Shown here: positions 30,601-38,074 of the stretch, in pieces
How positions within the stretch are numbered: position 1 is the first letter of the stretch
Layout of the letters: each line of letters opens with the position of its first letter
Source: an uncultured Bacteroidales bacterium
GTDB taxonomy: Bacteria > Bacteroidota > Bacteroidia > Bacteroidales > VadinHA17
Assembly: GCA_963791065.1 (NCBI GenBank)
Contig: CAWBQN010000020.1
Span: forward strand, 44,347 to 108,346
Direction of reading: 5' to 3'
DNA length: 64,000 nt
Notes under the pieces: model-generated
The model's input: the letters and a program-made list of their open reading frames with translations, nothing else
The model's database searches: none
What the model was told of the DNA's origin: nothing
Program-made: the position numbers and the translations under genes

Positions 30601-30818
30601 TGGATTTGCATATGCCTGTTATGGATGGTATCGAAGCTACACGTGTGATCAGGAAGTCCGATAATCCAAAGATCAGGAATATTCCTATCGTTGCTCTTAC
30701 AGCTGCGATAATGTCAGAAAGCCATGACAAAATTGAGGATCTGAAAATAAATGATTATGTCCTCAAACCTTTTAAGCCTCACGATCTTTTCGACAGGATA
30801 TTAAAGCATGTAAGGTAG
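27609..30818 (+). CDS. Hybrid sensor histidine kinase (PAS x several, GAF, HisKA, HATPase_c, receiver)
   Basis: H-box FMSTMSHEIRTPLN, N/G boxes LLSNALKFT, DTGIGI and GGTGLGLAICKKLIE, and a C-terminal receiver (ILVAEDN...LILMDLHMPVMDG...KP). Upstream are PAS-like repeats and a GAF-like region. Confidence 0.85.
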   Translation: MDYKESYIELLETNKKLEKELELIRSKSLEKSEISREMIFRIFHSANYLMAISKLDTGQYVDVNESFYKALGYSKGDIIGHTSDEIRIFADFEDSNKYIKLISRLKSIKGYPVTLKTKSGEEKPYLFSADTVQLESDIYLLTIFTEVKAQKNTKIKDNHGSLLKEIFETVGSYLALFSVDINNMFYVIDINSKAEEVEHVHRSEVVGKCIEETPLVNRLKLIELLKNIHLTGDSQKVAASPDGDDAGGYYSGFHLTSGNFVITWEPGAQKMLKEVQNNSGLIFEKFADLLPEMVYEVDLTGKILYANRQGMSFFGYSNEDLERGVYLSEIFPERYQEMIENLKGLTSPGQISSNEYYAKKRDGTVVPIVTHSFALFFNDRIIGYRGVVTDISKQKEFENQITREKAFLEHLYNSTPAAIVITNPAGTISMINREFTNLFGYTSEEAVNKNINDLVVPDYLKEEAVKIDYLASLNRKEVRQTIRKDKQGNNIHVTLVATAVVINNEKVANLGIYRDITTERKNQLLQEVLFNISTAALKQYDIKEIYPIIVQELSKIWDTNNFFIALYDKNKETLSLPFFADEKDNFYEIPTKKTITGWVIKNNKSVLLKEKDLKLLEESADIDLVGTPCKVWMGVPLKVENETIGVMCLQDYYNEEKFSPDDLYIMDFIANQIAIAIQRRMMLDNIILARQKAEEAARSKQQFMSTMSHEIRTPLNEVIGITNLLLQGGPREDQMDYIKALKFSGNHLLTLVNDVLDYNKMESGKIIFEQTQFNLSDFLNEILRSYSFRSRAKNLAFDIKKASNLPVEVIGDPIRLNQILSNLLSNALKFTIHGSIQVLVRELSRTYNQSKIEFTVTDTGIGIPKDKHSVIFDSFTQASSDTTRHFGGTGLGLAICKKLIELQGGTIMLESEPEKGSTFKFAISFGISEKAGQSQVIEVPENYSGLEGKKILVAEDNKINFFVANKFLIGWGIIVTHAENGQIALDILEKEDFDLILMDLHMPVMDGIEATRVIRKSDNPKIRNIPIVALTAAIMSESHDKIEDLKINDYVLKPFKPHDLFDRILKHVR

Positions 30819-30853
30819 GGCGCAACGGCACAACGAGCCAGCTGTAATTTAAG

Positions 30854-30903
30854 CTCTTTGCGCATTTGCGAAACTTTGCGCACTTTGCGGTTAACGGATT
30901 TCG
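30854..30903. repeat. Four tandem TTTGCG motifs at 8-10 nt spacing followed by GCGGTTAACGGATTTC
   Basis: ctcTTTGCGcaTTTGCGaaacTTTGCGcacTTTGCGgttaacggatttc. It lies between the convergent kinase and TPR genes. Confidence 0.6.
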
Positions 30904-30907
30904 AAGA

Positions 30908-32110
30908 TTATTTGATGCAATTCCTGCCGATATAGTCACTTACTCTCTTATTTCCAAGGCTCAATGCCCTTCTGAAATCATGACAGGCGTCCTCCACATC
31001 ACCCGAATTCAGAAGAGCGATCCCCTTATTCAGCCAGACATCAGAATTAGCAGGTTTAAGATCAAGCGACATACTATAATCATTTATTGCCATATTCCAC
31101 GACCTTGAGACGAAGTAGGCATTTGCCCGGTCAATATAGCATTCGGGATCGTTGGGATGAAGTTTCAGATTCTTTGAGAAATATTCAAGGGCTTTCAGGT
31201 TGTCACCTGATTTAGCCGCTATTTTACCGGCAATGCTCAAAGCTGTACTGTTATCAGGATAGATCTCAAGATATTTCCCGATATCTTTCAATGCCTTATC
31301 GGTCTCGCCGGTCTTGCTGTAACAATCTGCTCTAAGTATAAGCAGGTTGGCATCGGCGACCCCCGCATCAATAAGCCGCGAATAAGTTGTAGAAGCGCCA
31401 GCCGGATCAGAAGCACCGGTCTGGGCCCTGGCAAGAAGTCGCAGATATTTTTCGTTCCCCGGTCGTAAATCATTCAGACCTGTCATAACTTTCATAACCT
31501 CAGTGTATTTTCCCGAAGCCAGGTTGATTAATGCTTCGGCATAAAGAATGTCATCACCAGTTTCACCGCTTTTTTTGAGTTCTGCCAGGACCTCTTTTGA
31601 ATCATCTGTCTTTCCGGCAGAGATATAATATTCAATTTCAGAAATACTCTTTTCAGTTACACTATACCATTCCTTTTTCCAGAACTGACGCCATTCCTGC
31701 CTGTTTTCAATACCACCGAATGCCGGATCGAGAAGTATCTCTTTTTCACCTTTCTTAAAGGGAGAGTTCATTGTTAATTCCAGATGATAAATTGCCGTAC
31801 CGGCATCTCCTTTCAGGGCGTAGATCCTTGCAAGTCCGTATTCCCCTGAGAAAGGAGTTAATTTATTAGCTTCATTCAGATCAACAATAGCATTTGAATA
31901 GTCCTTATTCAGAATGTCTGCCTCTGCCCTTTCAGTATAAAGTCTGCTTACCTTATTTTCGCCAATTGCCACACTTAACAGACTTGCGGCCTGCACAGGT
32001 TTTCCTGCCTCTCTGAGTGCTCTGGCTTTAAGGATATAATCAACGGTCTGCTGACCATATAGTGTGCCTGCACCCATCAAAATCCAAAACAGAATTATAA
32101 TCTTCTTCAT
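30908..32110 (-). CDS. Secreted TPR-repeat protein
   Basis: It has a signal peptide (MKKIIILFWILMGAGTLYGQ) followed by repeated about 34-aa A/Y/L-patterned TPR-like units. Confidence 0.6.
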   Translation of the reverse strand: MKKIIILFWILMGAGTLYGQQTVDYILKARALREAGKPVQAASLLSVAIGENKVSRLYTERAEADILNKDYSNAIVDLNEANKLTPFSGEYGLARIYALKGDAGTAIYHLELTMNSPFKKGEKEILLDPAFGGIENRQEWRQFWKKEWYSVTEKSISEIEYYISAGKTDDSKEVLAELKKSGETGDDILYAEALINLASGKYTEVMKVMTGLNDLRPGNEKYLRLLARAQTGASDPAGASTTYSRLIDAGVADANLLILRADCYSKTGETDKALKDIGKYLEIYPDNSTALSIAGKIAAKSGDNLKALEYFSKNLKLHPNDPECYIDRANAYFVSRSWNMAINDYSMSLDLKPANSDVWLNKGIALLNSGDVEDACHDFRRALSLGNKRVSDYIGRNCIK

Positions 32111-32128
32111 CGTATTTATCCCTCAATA

Positions 32129-34765
32129 TCATTTTGTGGTCTGTGGAGTAACCTTGGAATTTAGTTCGGTAATAACATGAACAAAACCCGAAAGATGGAA
32201 TTGATGAAGCCCTGAAAGACGATTTTCAAATACATCGCATTCATAAAAATAGACACCCGGAGAAACAATTCTGCCTTTGTAGGTTCCATCCCATTCTATC
32301 TTTGGATTTTCAGTTCTGAATAACATCAAACCGTTCCTGTTAAAGAGTTTGAATTCAATTTTTTGAATTAGTCCCGTAGTTTTTGCAACGAGTCTGTCAT
32401 TTATATTATCCCCGTTTGGAGTAAAAACATTCGGGATCTCATAAAAGTTGCACGAGTCTACACATATCATTGGTGACTGGCTGCTCTCATTGCCGATGGA
32501 ATCAAAAGCTGAAACTGCATAACATCCTGAAACTGTTTCACCCGGAAAGTGCTTGTAGGTAAATACATTCCTGTCGTTGATAGTCAGCAGAAGTGCAAGA
32601 TTCTCATCGGTAGTCAGCTTGGTATAAATTTTATAACCGGCAATATCGGAATTGCAGGTAGAGTCGCTTACAGACCATGTAAGAGTATTGTATAAACTAT
32701 CGCAGCTGCTTGTCACATTCAGTGCCGGAGCGCAGGGAGGTTCATTATCAACAGGTGTTGTACAGGTAATTTCAGAAAGATTTATAAGGTTCTTTGGCAT
32801 ATCATTTCCCAGGTAACCACCGACCGATTTGACATAATAGCAATATTGCTTTCCATTTACGAGACCGTAATCGATAAATGTCAGCTGATTTGTAGTACCA
32901 ACTGAATCATAGACATTTGTGGTTCCATTCAGTCTGTAAAAGTCGTACCTGGTATTGATCCAGGGAACATTACGGGTAATAGTGAAACGAGCTTTTTTGT
33001 CTCCGGGTGTGATTACAAGGTAAATGGACGATGCATAACCCGGATCGCCTACGAGAAATCTGTTACCTGCAGCATTATTCCATAATTCAATCCTGTATAT
33101 ATAGCCGGTCGTCGAAGTATTTATTAAAGTATCTACATAGACCGTATCATTTAAATCGGTTGTCTCAATTGCTTTAATCTGCTGAAAATCAGTTCCACTC
33201 ACTCCTGTTGCCCTGTATATCAGGTACTCATAGGGACCGAGAGCAGGAATAGTGTCGAGTCTCTGTGGCTTTTTCCAGGAAAGAAAAATCGATCCGTTGA
33301 CTGCATCCGTATTAGTAACGCTGACATTCTTTATAACAGGTATTCCGGAAACGAGTGTGGATGTAATCTCATTTGAAGCCTTGCTTTCTGCCCCATTTGG
33401 ATAAACAGCAACTATCCTGTATGTGTATTCCTTGCCGAATAACAAGCCCTGCCCGTTATCATTATCGGAAAAGGTTACAGTCGAGGCGCCAGCTATATAT
33501 CCTACTTTAACAAAACCTGTAGATGCAGGAATACCTGAAGTGCATGAGTCGGGTTTGAATGTGGATGCTCCTTCTCTTCTGTAAATATTAAATCCCGTTA
33601 TGTAGTTGGTAATGTAGGGCGCCCATGACAGCCTTATAGTTTTTCCTTCCGGCACAGCATTTATTAGATTAGGTGCCGGACCCAGTACCCGGATATTGAT
33701 ATTGCTTATGGCAGCAAGCCTCACATCGGGAGCGGAATCATCCACTTTAAAGATCACATTATATGGTTGTTTTCTTACAGCCTCAAAACATGGTTTCCAC
33801 TGGAACCGGGATGATGCAAATCCCGCTATAGAATCAACCTTTGTAAACAAGGCGGAACATGAAGCCAGGATGTAGACTCCTGAAGTTGAGTGAAGCGTCA
33901 AAAAATCCTGATCCGAGTCAGTTGCGGTATACAGGAAATCTATCGAATCACCTGCCTCAACGCAATAGTCTTTAAGAGGACCGTTTACCGGGGGTTTGTT
34001 ATTGGTATTGAAGACCTCTATCTGCATATCGCGTTCTACGACTCCGATTTTTTTCCCGTTTCTCCATTTATTAATATCCATGGCCACGTTGAATTTCCCG
34101 GTATCGGCAGGAGTATCCCAGATAAGGTCTCCACTTATAGAATCAACTCTGATCGTCCGGGTGGCGGGAGGTAATGTATAACCTACAATTGGCCTTGCAT
34201 CCTCACGTGTACAGACAGTGATGTTATAGGACAGGCTATCGCCGTCAGGATCAAAAGCGGAGGGATTATGGATAAATAAATGGTGATAAGCCGCTTTATC
34301 ATATGGCGGGTTAAGAAGCACGGGTGAATTGTCGTGCCCCATTGCAGGGTTAACTGTAAGAATTGTGGATATTGAAAAAATCACATTGACTGAATTAGGA
34401 ATATTCAGAACTCCTGCATTTCTGTTCGGGTCCTGAACGATTATCTTGTAAATACCCGGACCCGGGTATGTATGGATAATTTTATAAATGTTTTTTTTGT
34501 AAAAATTCGCAAGGACCTCACCCATCTGGCTTGGTCCGTTTATTCTTGGAGCAGTTGCAACTGAGTTATCGCCGAACTCGACATTCAGAGTTTGCCTGTC
34601 TGCTAAACTTAAGGTATACGTAAAAGTTGTCACTGTGATCTCAAACGAAAGATCCGATAATTGGACATAAGTTATTTCACCAGCCCTGTTATGGGTTGCA
34701 TTCAAACTGGCAAAGCAAAATGATAGCAGTGCAAGTAAAAAAAATTTCTTTCCGGGATTTTTCAC
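32129..34765 (-). CDS. Large cell-surface protein with T9SS type-B (gliding-motility-associated) C-terminal sorting domain
   Basis: The C-terminus IPNVFTPNGDNINDRLV...FNRNGLMLF...WDG...PGVYFY is the CHU_C/type-B sorting signature. The N-terminus has a signal peptide and a THNRAGEITY motif. Internal Ig/FN3-like repeats are present. GTG start. Confidence 0.75.
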   Translation of the reverse strand: MKNPGKKFFLLALLSFCFASLNATHNRAGEITYVQLSDLSFEITVTTFTYTLSLADRQTLNVEFGDNSVATAPRINGPSQMGEVLANFYKKNIYKIIHTYPGPGIYKIIVQDPNRNAGVLNIPNSVNVIFSISTILTVNPAMGHDNSPVLLNPPYDKAAYHHLFIHNPSAFDPDGDSLSYNITVCTREDARPIVGYTLPPATRTIRVDSISGDLIWDTPADTGKFNVAMDINKWRNGKKIGVVERDMQIEVFNTNNKPPVNGPLKDYCVEAGDSIDFLYTATDSDQDFLTLHSTSGVYILASCSALFTKVDSIAGFASSRFQWKPCFEAVRKQPYNVIFKVDDSAPDVRLAAISNINIRVLGPAPNLINAVPEGKTIRLSWAPYITNYITGFNIYRREGASTFKPDSCTSGIPASTGFVKVGYIAGASTVTFSDNDNGQGLLFGKEYTYRIVAVYPNGAESKASNEITSTLVSGIPVIKNVSVTNTDAVNGSIFLSWKKPQRLDTIPALGPYEYLIYRATGVSGTDFQQIKAIETTDLNDTVYVDTLINTSTTGYIYRIELWNNAAGNRFLVGDPGYASSIYLVITPGDKKARFTITRNVPWINTRYDFYRLNGTTNVYDSVGTTNQLTFIDYGLVNGKQYCYYVKSVGGYLGNDMPKNLINLSEITCTTPVDNEPPCAPALNVTSSCDSLYNTLTWSVSDSTCNSDIAGYKIYTKLTTDENLALLLTINDRNVFTYKHFPGETVSGCYAVSAFDSIGNESSQSPMICVDSCNFYEIPNVFTPNGDNINDRLVAKTTGLIQKIEFKLFNRNGLMLFRTENPKIEWDGTYKGRIVSPGVYFYECDVFENRLSGLHQFHLSGFVHVITELNSKVTPQTTK

Positions 34766-34834
34766 GCCTCAGATTATTTTATTTATTTGATTTACCTTGA
34801 AATAAGTGGATTACATATATTATTTTCAGTTTCA

Positions 34835-34863
34835 GGTCTGATTTAATCATCAAAAATCAGACC
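34835..34863 (-). terminator. Stem-loop downstream of pyk
   Basis: 10-bp stem ggtctgattt/aaatcagacc with a 9-nt loop, 10 nt past the pyk stop on the minus strand. No strong U-tract. Confidence 0.4.
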
Positions 34864-34872
34864 AATTATTGG

Positions 34873-36303
34873 TTAATCTTTAATACTAACCCGATCTTCA
34901 AGATACTGTACCGAACCAACCTCGATAAATGAAAAACCTGAACCTGCAGAAAAGTTGCCTGCAAGTACCACAACGATATCGTCACCCTTAAGATTATGCG
35001 CTTTAGAAAGATTTTTTAAGGCGATATGAATAAACTCATCAATTGACTTTTTCCGTTCCTGTAAACTAGGATATACACCATAGGAAAGAGCCAGTTCACG
35101 CATTGTTCTCTCAGAATAGCACTGCGCCATTATCAGTTTTATGCCCCGGTAAGATGCCATATCCCTTATTGTCCTCCCTCCGACTGTGTCTGCAATTATT
35201 CCGCGTGCACCAATTCTGAAAGCAGTTTTTACAGCAACTTTTGCCAGGTATGCTGATACCTCCCCCGTAACGTTAAGATAAGGAATATTCATAAATTTCT
35301 CCTTATTCTTCTCGACCTCCAGAGCAACCTTAGTCATCGTTTTTACAGATTCCACCGGATATTTACCGTTTGCCGTTTCACCGCTGAGCATAATTGCATC
35401 GGTCTGGGAATAAATTGCACTGGCAATATCGCTTACTTCTGCTCTGGTTGGCCGCGGATTGTTTATCATCGAGTGAAGCATCTGAGTTGCAACAATTACC
35501 GGTTTACGGGTTATTATGCACTTTGTAATGATCATCTTCTGTATACCGGGAATTTGTTCATATGGAATTTCAATACCCAGGTCACCCCTGGCCACCATGA
35601 TACCATACACATTTTCAAGAATATCATCAATATTTTCGACACCTTCCTGATTTTCGATCTTTGCTATTATCTTAACAGGACTATTATATGAGTTCAGGAC
35701 CGCCTGAACATCAAGCACATCCTGCTTTGATCTGACAAATGAATGGGCAATAAAATCCACATCATTCTCTGTCGCCATCTTAATAAAAGCTCTGTCCTTA
35801 TCAGTGAGGGATGGAAGCATAATCTTAACACTTGGAATGTTAACACTTTTCCGTGATCCCAGAACCCCGTCATTTTCAATAGTACAGATCAATGCACTTC
35901 CATTTTTTCGTGATACCCTGAACTCCAGCTCACCATCATCCATAAGAATAAGCGACCCAAGAGGAATGTCTGAAGAAAAAGATGCATAAGAAACATAGAT
36001 TGCTTCCGGGGAACTCTTTTTAGTCGGGTCACCGATAATATTTATTGTTGTTCCTTTTTTAAGCGGAATGGGAGCATCACAGATCGTAGTGCGTATTTCA
36101 GGCCCCTTGGTATCAAGAAGAATTGCAATTTTGTCTGATACTTCCCTTGTATTTTTTATTATCCGGAGCGCACCTTCAATATCAAGGTGTGCAGAATTGA
36201 TCCTGATGACATCCATTCCGGCTTCATAAAGTTCCCTGATAAATCGCGGATCACAGTTTTTATCAGAAATGGTGGCAACAATCTTGGTCCTTTTGGAATC
36301 CAT
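34873..36303 (-). CDS. pyk: Pyruvate kinase
   Basis: 476 aa. KIVATI, RINSAH, DTKGPEIRT, MVARGDLGIEIP and MLSGETA motifs. Confidence 0.9.
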   Translation of the reverse strand: MDSKRTKIVATISDKNCDPRFIRELYEAGMDVIRINSAHLDIEGALRIIKNTREVSDKIAILLDTKGPEIRTTICDAPIPLKKGTTINIIGDPTKKSSPEAIYVSYASFSSDIPLGSLILMDDGELEFRVSRKNGSALICTIENDGVLGSRKSVNIPSVKIMLPSLTDKDRAFIKMATENDVDFIAHSFVRSKQDVLDVQAVLNSYNSPVKIIAKIENQEGVENIDDILENVYGIMVARGDLGIEIPYEQIPGIQKMIITKCIITRKPVIVATQMLHSMINNPRPTRAEVSDIASAIYSQTDAIMLSGETANGKYPVESVKTMTKVALEVEKNKEKFMNIPYLNVTGEVSAYLAKVAVKTAFRIGARGIIADTVGGRTIRDMASYRGIKLIMAQCYSERTMRELALSYGVYPSLQERKKSIDEFIHIALKNLSKAHNLKGDDIVVVLAGNFSAGSGFSFIEVGSVQYLEDRVSIKD

Positions 36304-36306
36304 AAG

Positions 36307-36744
36307 TTATTTCTTCTTTGAATGAATTATTTCGATAAGCGCCTCAAGAGCCAGCCGGTAACTATCCAGACCAAATCCGGATATGCTTCCTGCGCAGTTT
36401 CTTCCGATAAGACTTGTGTGACGAAACTCCTCCCTGGCCAGCAGATTAGTGAGATGAACTTCAACGACCGGTGAGGGTACCGCAGCTATTGCATCGGTAA
36501 TGGCAACTGAAGTATGAGTATAGCCGCCTGCATTAAGAATTATACCGTCGCACGAAAAACCAGTGTTTTGAATTTCACTGACGATCTCACCTTCTACGTT
36601 CGACTGATAATAATTGAAGATAATATCGGGATACCGCGATTCGAGAACCGGAAGATACTCTTCAAAAGAAGAATGTCCATACTTTTCAGGTTCTCTCCTG
36701 CCGAGGAGATTCAGATTTGGACCGTTGATAATCTGTACATGCAT
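36307..36744 (-). CDS. aroQ: Type II 3-dehydroquinate dehydratase
   Basis: 145 aa. INGPNLNLLGRREP, QSNVEGE, NAGGYTHTSVA and EVHLTN motifs. Confidence 0.9.
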   Translation of the reverse strand: MHVQIINGPNLNLLGRREPEKYGHSSFEEYLPVLESRYPDIIFNYYQSNVEGEIVSEIQNTGFSCDGIILNAGGYTHTSVAITDAIAAVPSPVVEVHLTNLLAREEFRHTSLIGRNCAGSISGFGLDSYRLALEALIEIIHSKKK

Positions 36745-37014
36745 CAGATTTTGAATTTATTATGGTAATAATATTTACCACAAGGGGACACTAGGTACAA
36801 CGCAAAGGATCATAATGGGAAACCCTGGCGCCAGCCGTGTTAAATTACAGTAAAAATAATTAAAAAATTGATGAGTACCACATTTTTCCTTTTTCCAGTT
36901 GATCCCGGAAATCTGCTTCCCGGCAGTCAGGCTGAATCTTGATGCCTTTGCACCTTGGCAGCATAATTCTTTTGACTACTTTTATCAAATTATCAGATGT
37001 TGGAATAAGAATAA

Positions 37015-37914
37015 ATGAGCTTAACCTGGAAACAGTCATTCAGAAATTTTGAAACCTATCTCAGGCTTGAGAAATCATTATCGGACAATAGTATCGAAGC
37101 CTATTTGAATGATGTTGGTAAACTTGAAAAATATTTTATAGAAACCGGAAAAGATATTTCACCAATAAATGTATCATATCCGGATCTTAAAGCTTTTCTG
37201 TCCTGGTATGGCATTAATAATAAAAACACACGTACACAATCAAGAGTGCTTTCGGGTATCAGAGCTTTTTTCAGATTCCTTCTGATAGAAGGAGAAATTG
37301 ATGAAAATCCATCATCACTAATAGAATCTCCAAAAATCGGACTTAAACTTCCCGAGGTGCTGTCAATAGGTGAGATAGACAGGATCATCGGTGAAATTGA
37401 TCTCAGCAAGCCGGAAGGACACAGGAATAAAGCAATTATTGAAACACTTTACGGGTGCGGATTGAGAGTCTCGGAACTGGTAAATCTCCATCTGACTGAC
37501 ATACATTATAATGAAGAATTTGTTGTTGTGACAGGAAAGGGTAATAAGCAGAGGCTTGTTCCGGTGAGCGGCAAAGCATTAAAGGAGATAGATCTTTATA
37601 AACAGGACAGGAACAGACTCCCTGTCATCAGGGATCAGAATATCCTATTTCTGAATCGACGCGGGGGCCACCTGACCCGTGCTATGATATTCACTATAAT
37701 CAAGGATCTGGCAGCAAAGGCAGGAATAAAAAAGAATATAAGCCCACACACTTTCAGACATTCCTTTGCTACTCATATGATCGAAGCAGGTGCCGATCTC
37801 CGGGCTGTTCAGGAAATGCTTGGACATGAGTCAATACTCACCACCGAGATCTATACGCATATCGACAGGAGTTACCTCCGCGATACTCTTATAATGTTCC
37901 ATCCGCGTGCATAG
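37015..37914 (+). CDS. xerD: Tyrosine site-specific recombinase XerD-like
   Basis: 299 aa. It has an N-terminal SAM-like core-binding domain and catalytic R...HTFRHSFATHM...GHESILTTEIYTH residues. Confidence 0.8.
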   Translation: MSLTWKQSFRNFETYLRLEKSLSDNSIEAYLNDVGKLEKYFIETGKDISPINVSYPDLKAFLSWYGINNKNTRTQSRVLSGIRAFFRFLLIEGEIDENPSSLIESPKIGLKLPEVLSIGEIDRIIGEIDLSKPEGHRNKAIIETLYGCGLRVSELVNLHLTDIHYNEEFVVVTGKGNKQRLVPVSGKALKEIDLYKQDRNRLPVIRDQNILFLNRRGGHLTRAMIFTIIKDLAAKAGIKKNISPHTFRHSFATHMIEAGADLRAVQEMLGHESILTTEIYTHIDRSYLRDTLIMFHPRA

Positions 37915-37940
37915 ACGCTAGTTATTGTATTGTGATTCAA

Positions 37941-38009
37941 TTCTTTGCGGTCATTATGCTAAATCTTTGCGTTCCGATAGCTATCGGAATTAGCGGTTAA
38001 TGGATTTCT
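37941..38009. repeat. TTTGCG motifs, an 18-nt perfect palindrome, and a GCGGTTAATGGATTTC copy
   Basis: ttcTTTGCGg...atcTTTGCGttccgatagctatcggaattaGCGGTTAATGGATTTC. The last 16 nt match 30887-30902 with one transition. Confidence 0.55.
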
Positions 38010-38013
38010 TTAT

Positions 38014-38021
38014 TAACTTTG
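38014..38021 (+). promoter_or_regulatory. Candidate -7 promoter box (TAacTTTG) for ppdK
   Basis: Exact TAnnTTTG match 54 nt upstream of the ppdK ATG at 38075. Confidence 0.35.
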
Positions 38022-38074
38022 CCGCTTATTTTGCAAAACCTATAATTTTATACTCATCTCAAATCAATAAAACT

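Noticed and set aside
30854-30903. Phased short repeats as a possible CRISPR array
   Set aside because: The repeat unit is only 6-9 nt with 2-4 nt between copies. This is far below CRISPR repeat/spacer sizes, and no cas genes are in the window.
36745-37014. The 270-nt intergenic region (and other gaps over 200 nt at 40802-41055, 53995-54269, 54708-54909 and 55327-55535), scanned for tRNA, small RNA or riboswitch features
   Set aside because: No cloverleaf-compatible stems, conserved riboswitch cores or strong structured segments could be recognised by eye. A covariance-model scan (Rfam/Infernal, tRNAscan) would be needed to exclude them.
37015-37914. The tyrosine recombinase as a marker of an integrated mobile element
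   Set aside because: The sequence and size fit chromosomal XerD. The flanking genes are housekeeping (aroQ/pyk, ppdK). No att-like direct repeats, tRNA target, or phage/transposon genes lie nearby.
38000-38074. N-terminal extensions suggested by the ORF track (ppdK from 38000; also larC from 9994, nth from 26799, the M48 protease from 44487, qmoC-like from 59697, DUF362 from 9924)
   Set aside because: The extensions use TTG/GTG or upstream ATG codons. They overlap repeats or upstream genes and add residues not matching the family N-termini. Internal ATG starts give canonical N-termini (for example MSNVKRVYSFGKK, MKIISYDCF, MKRRDFLK).
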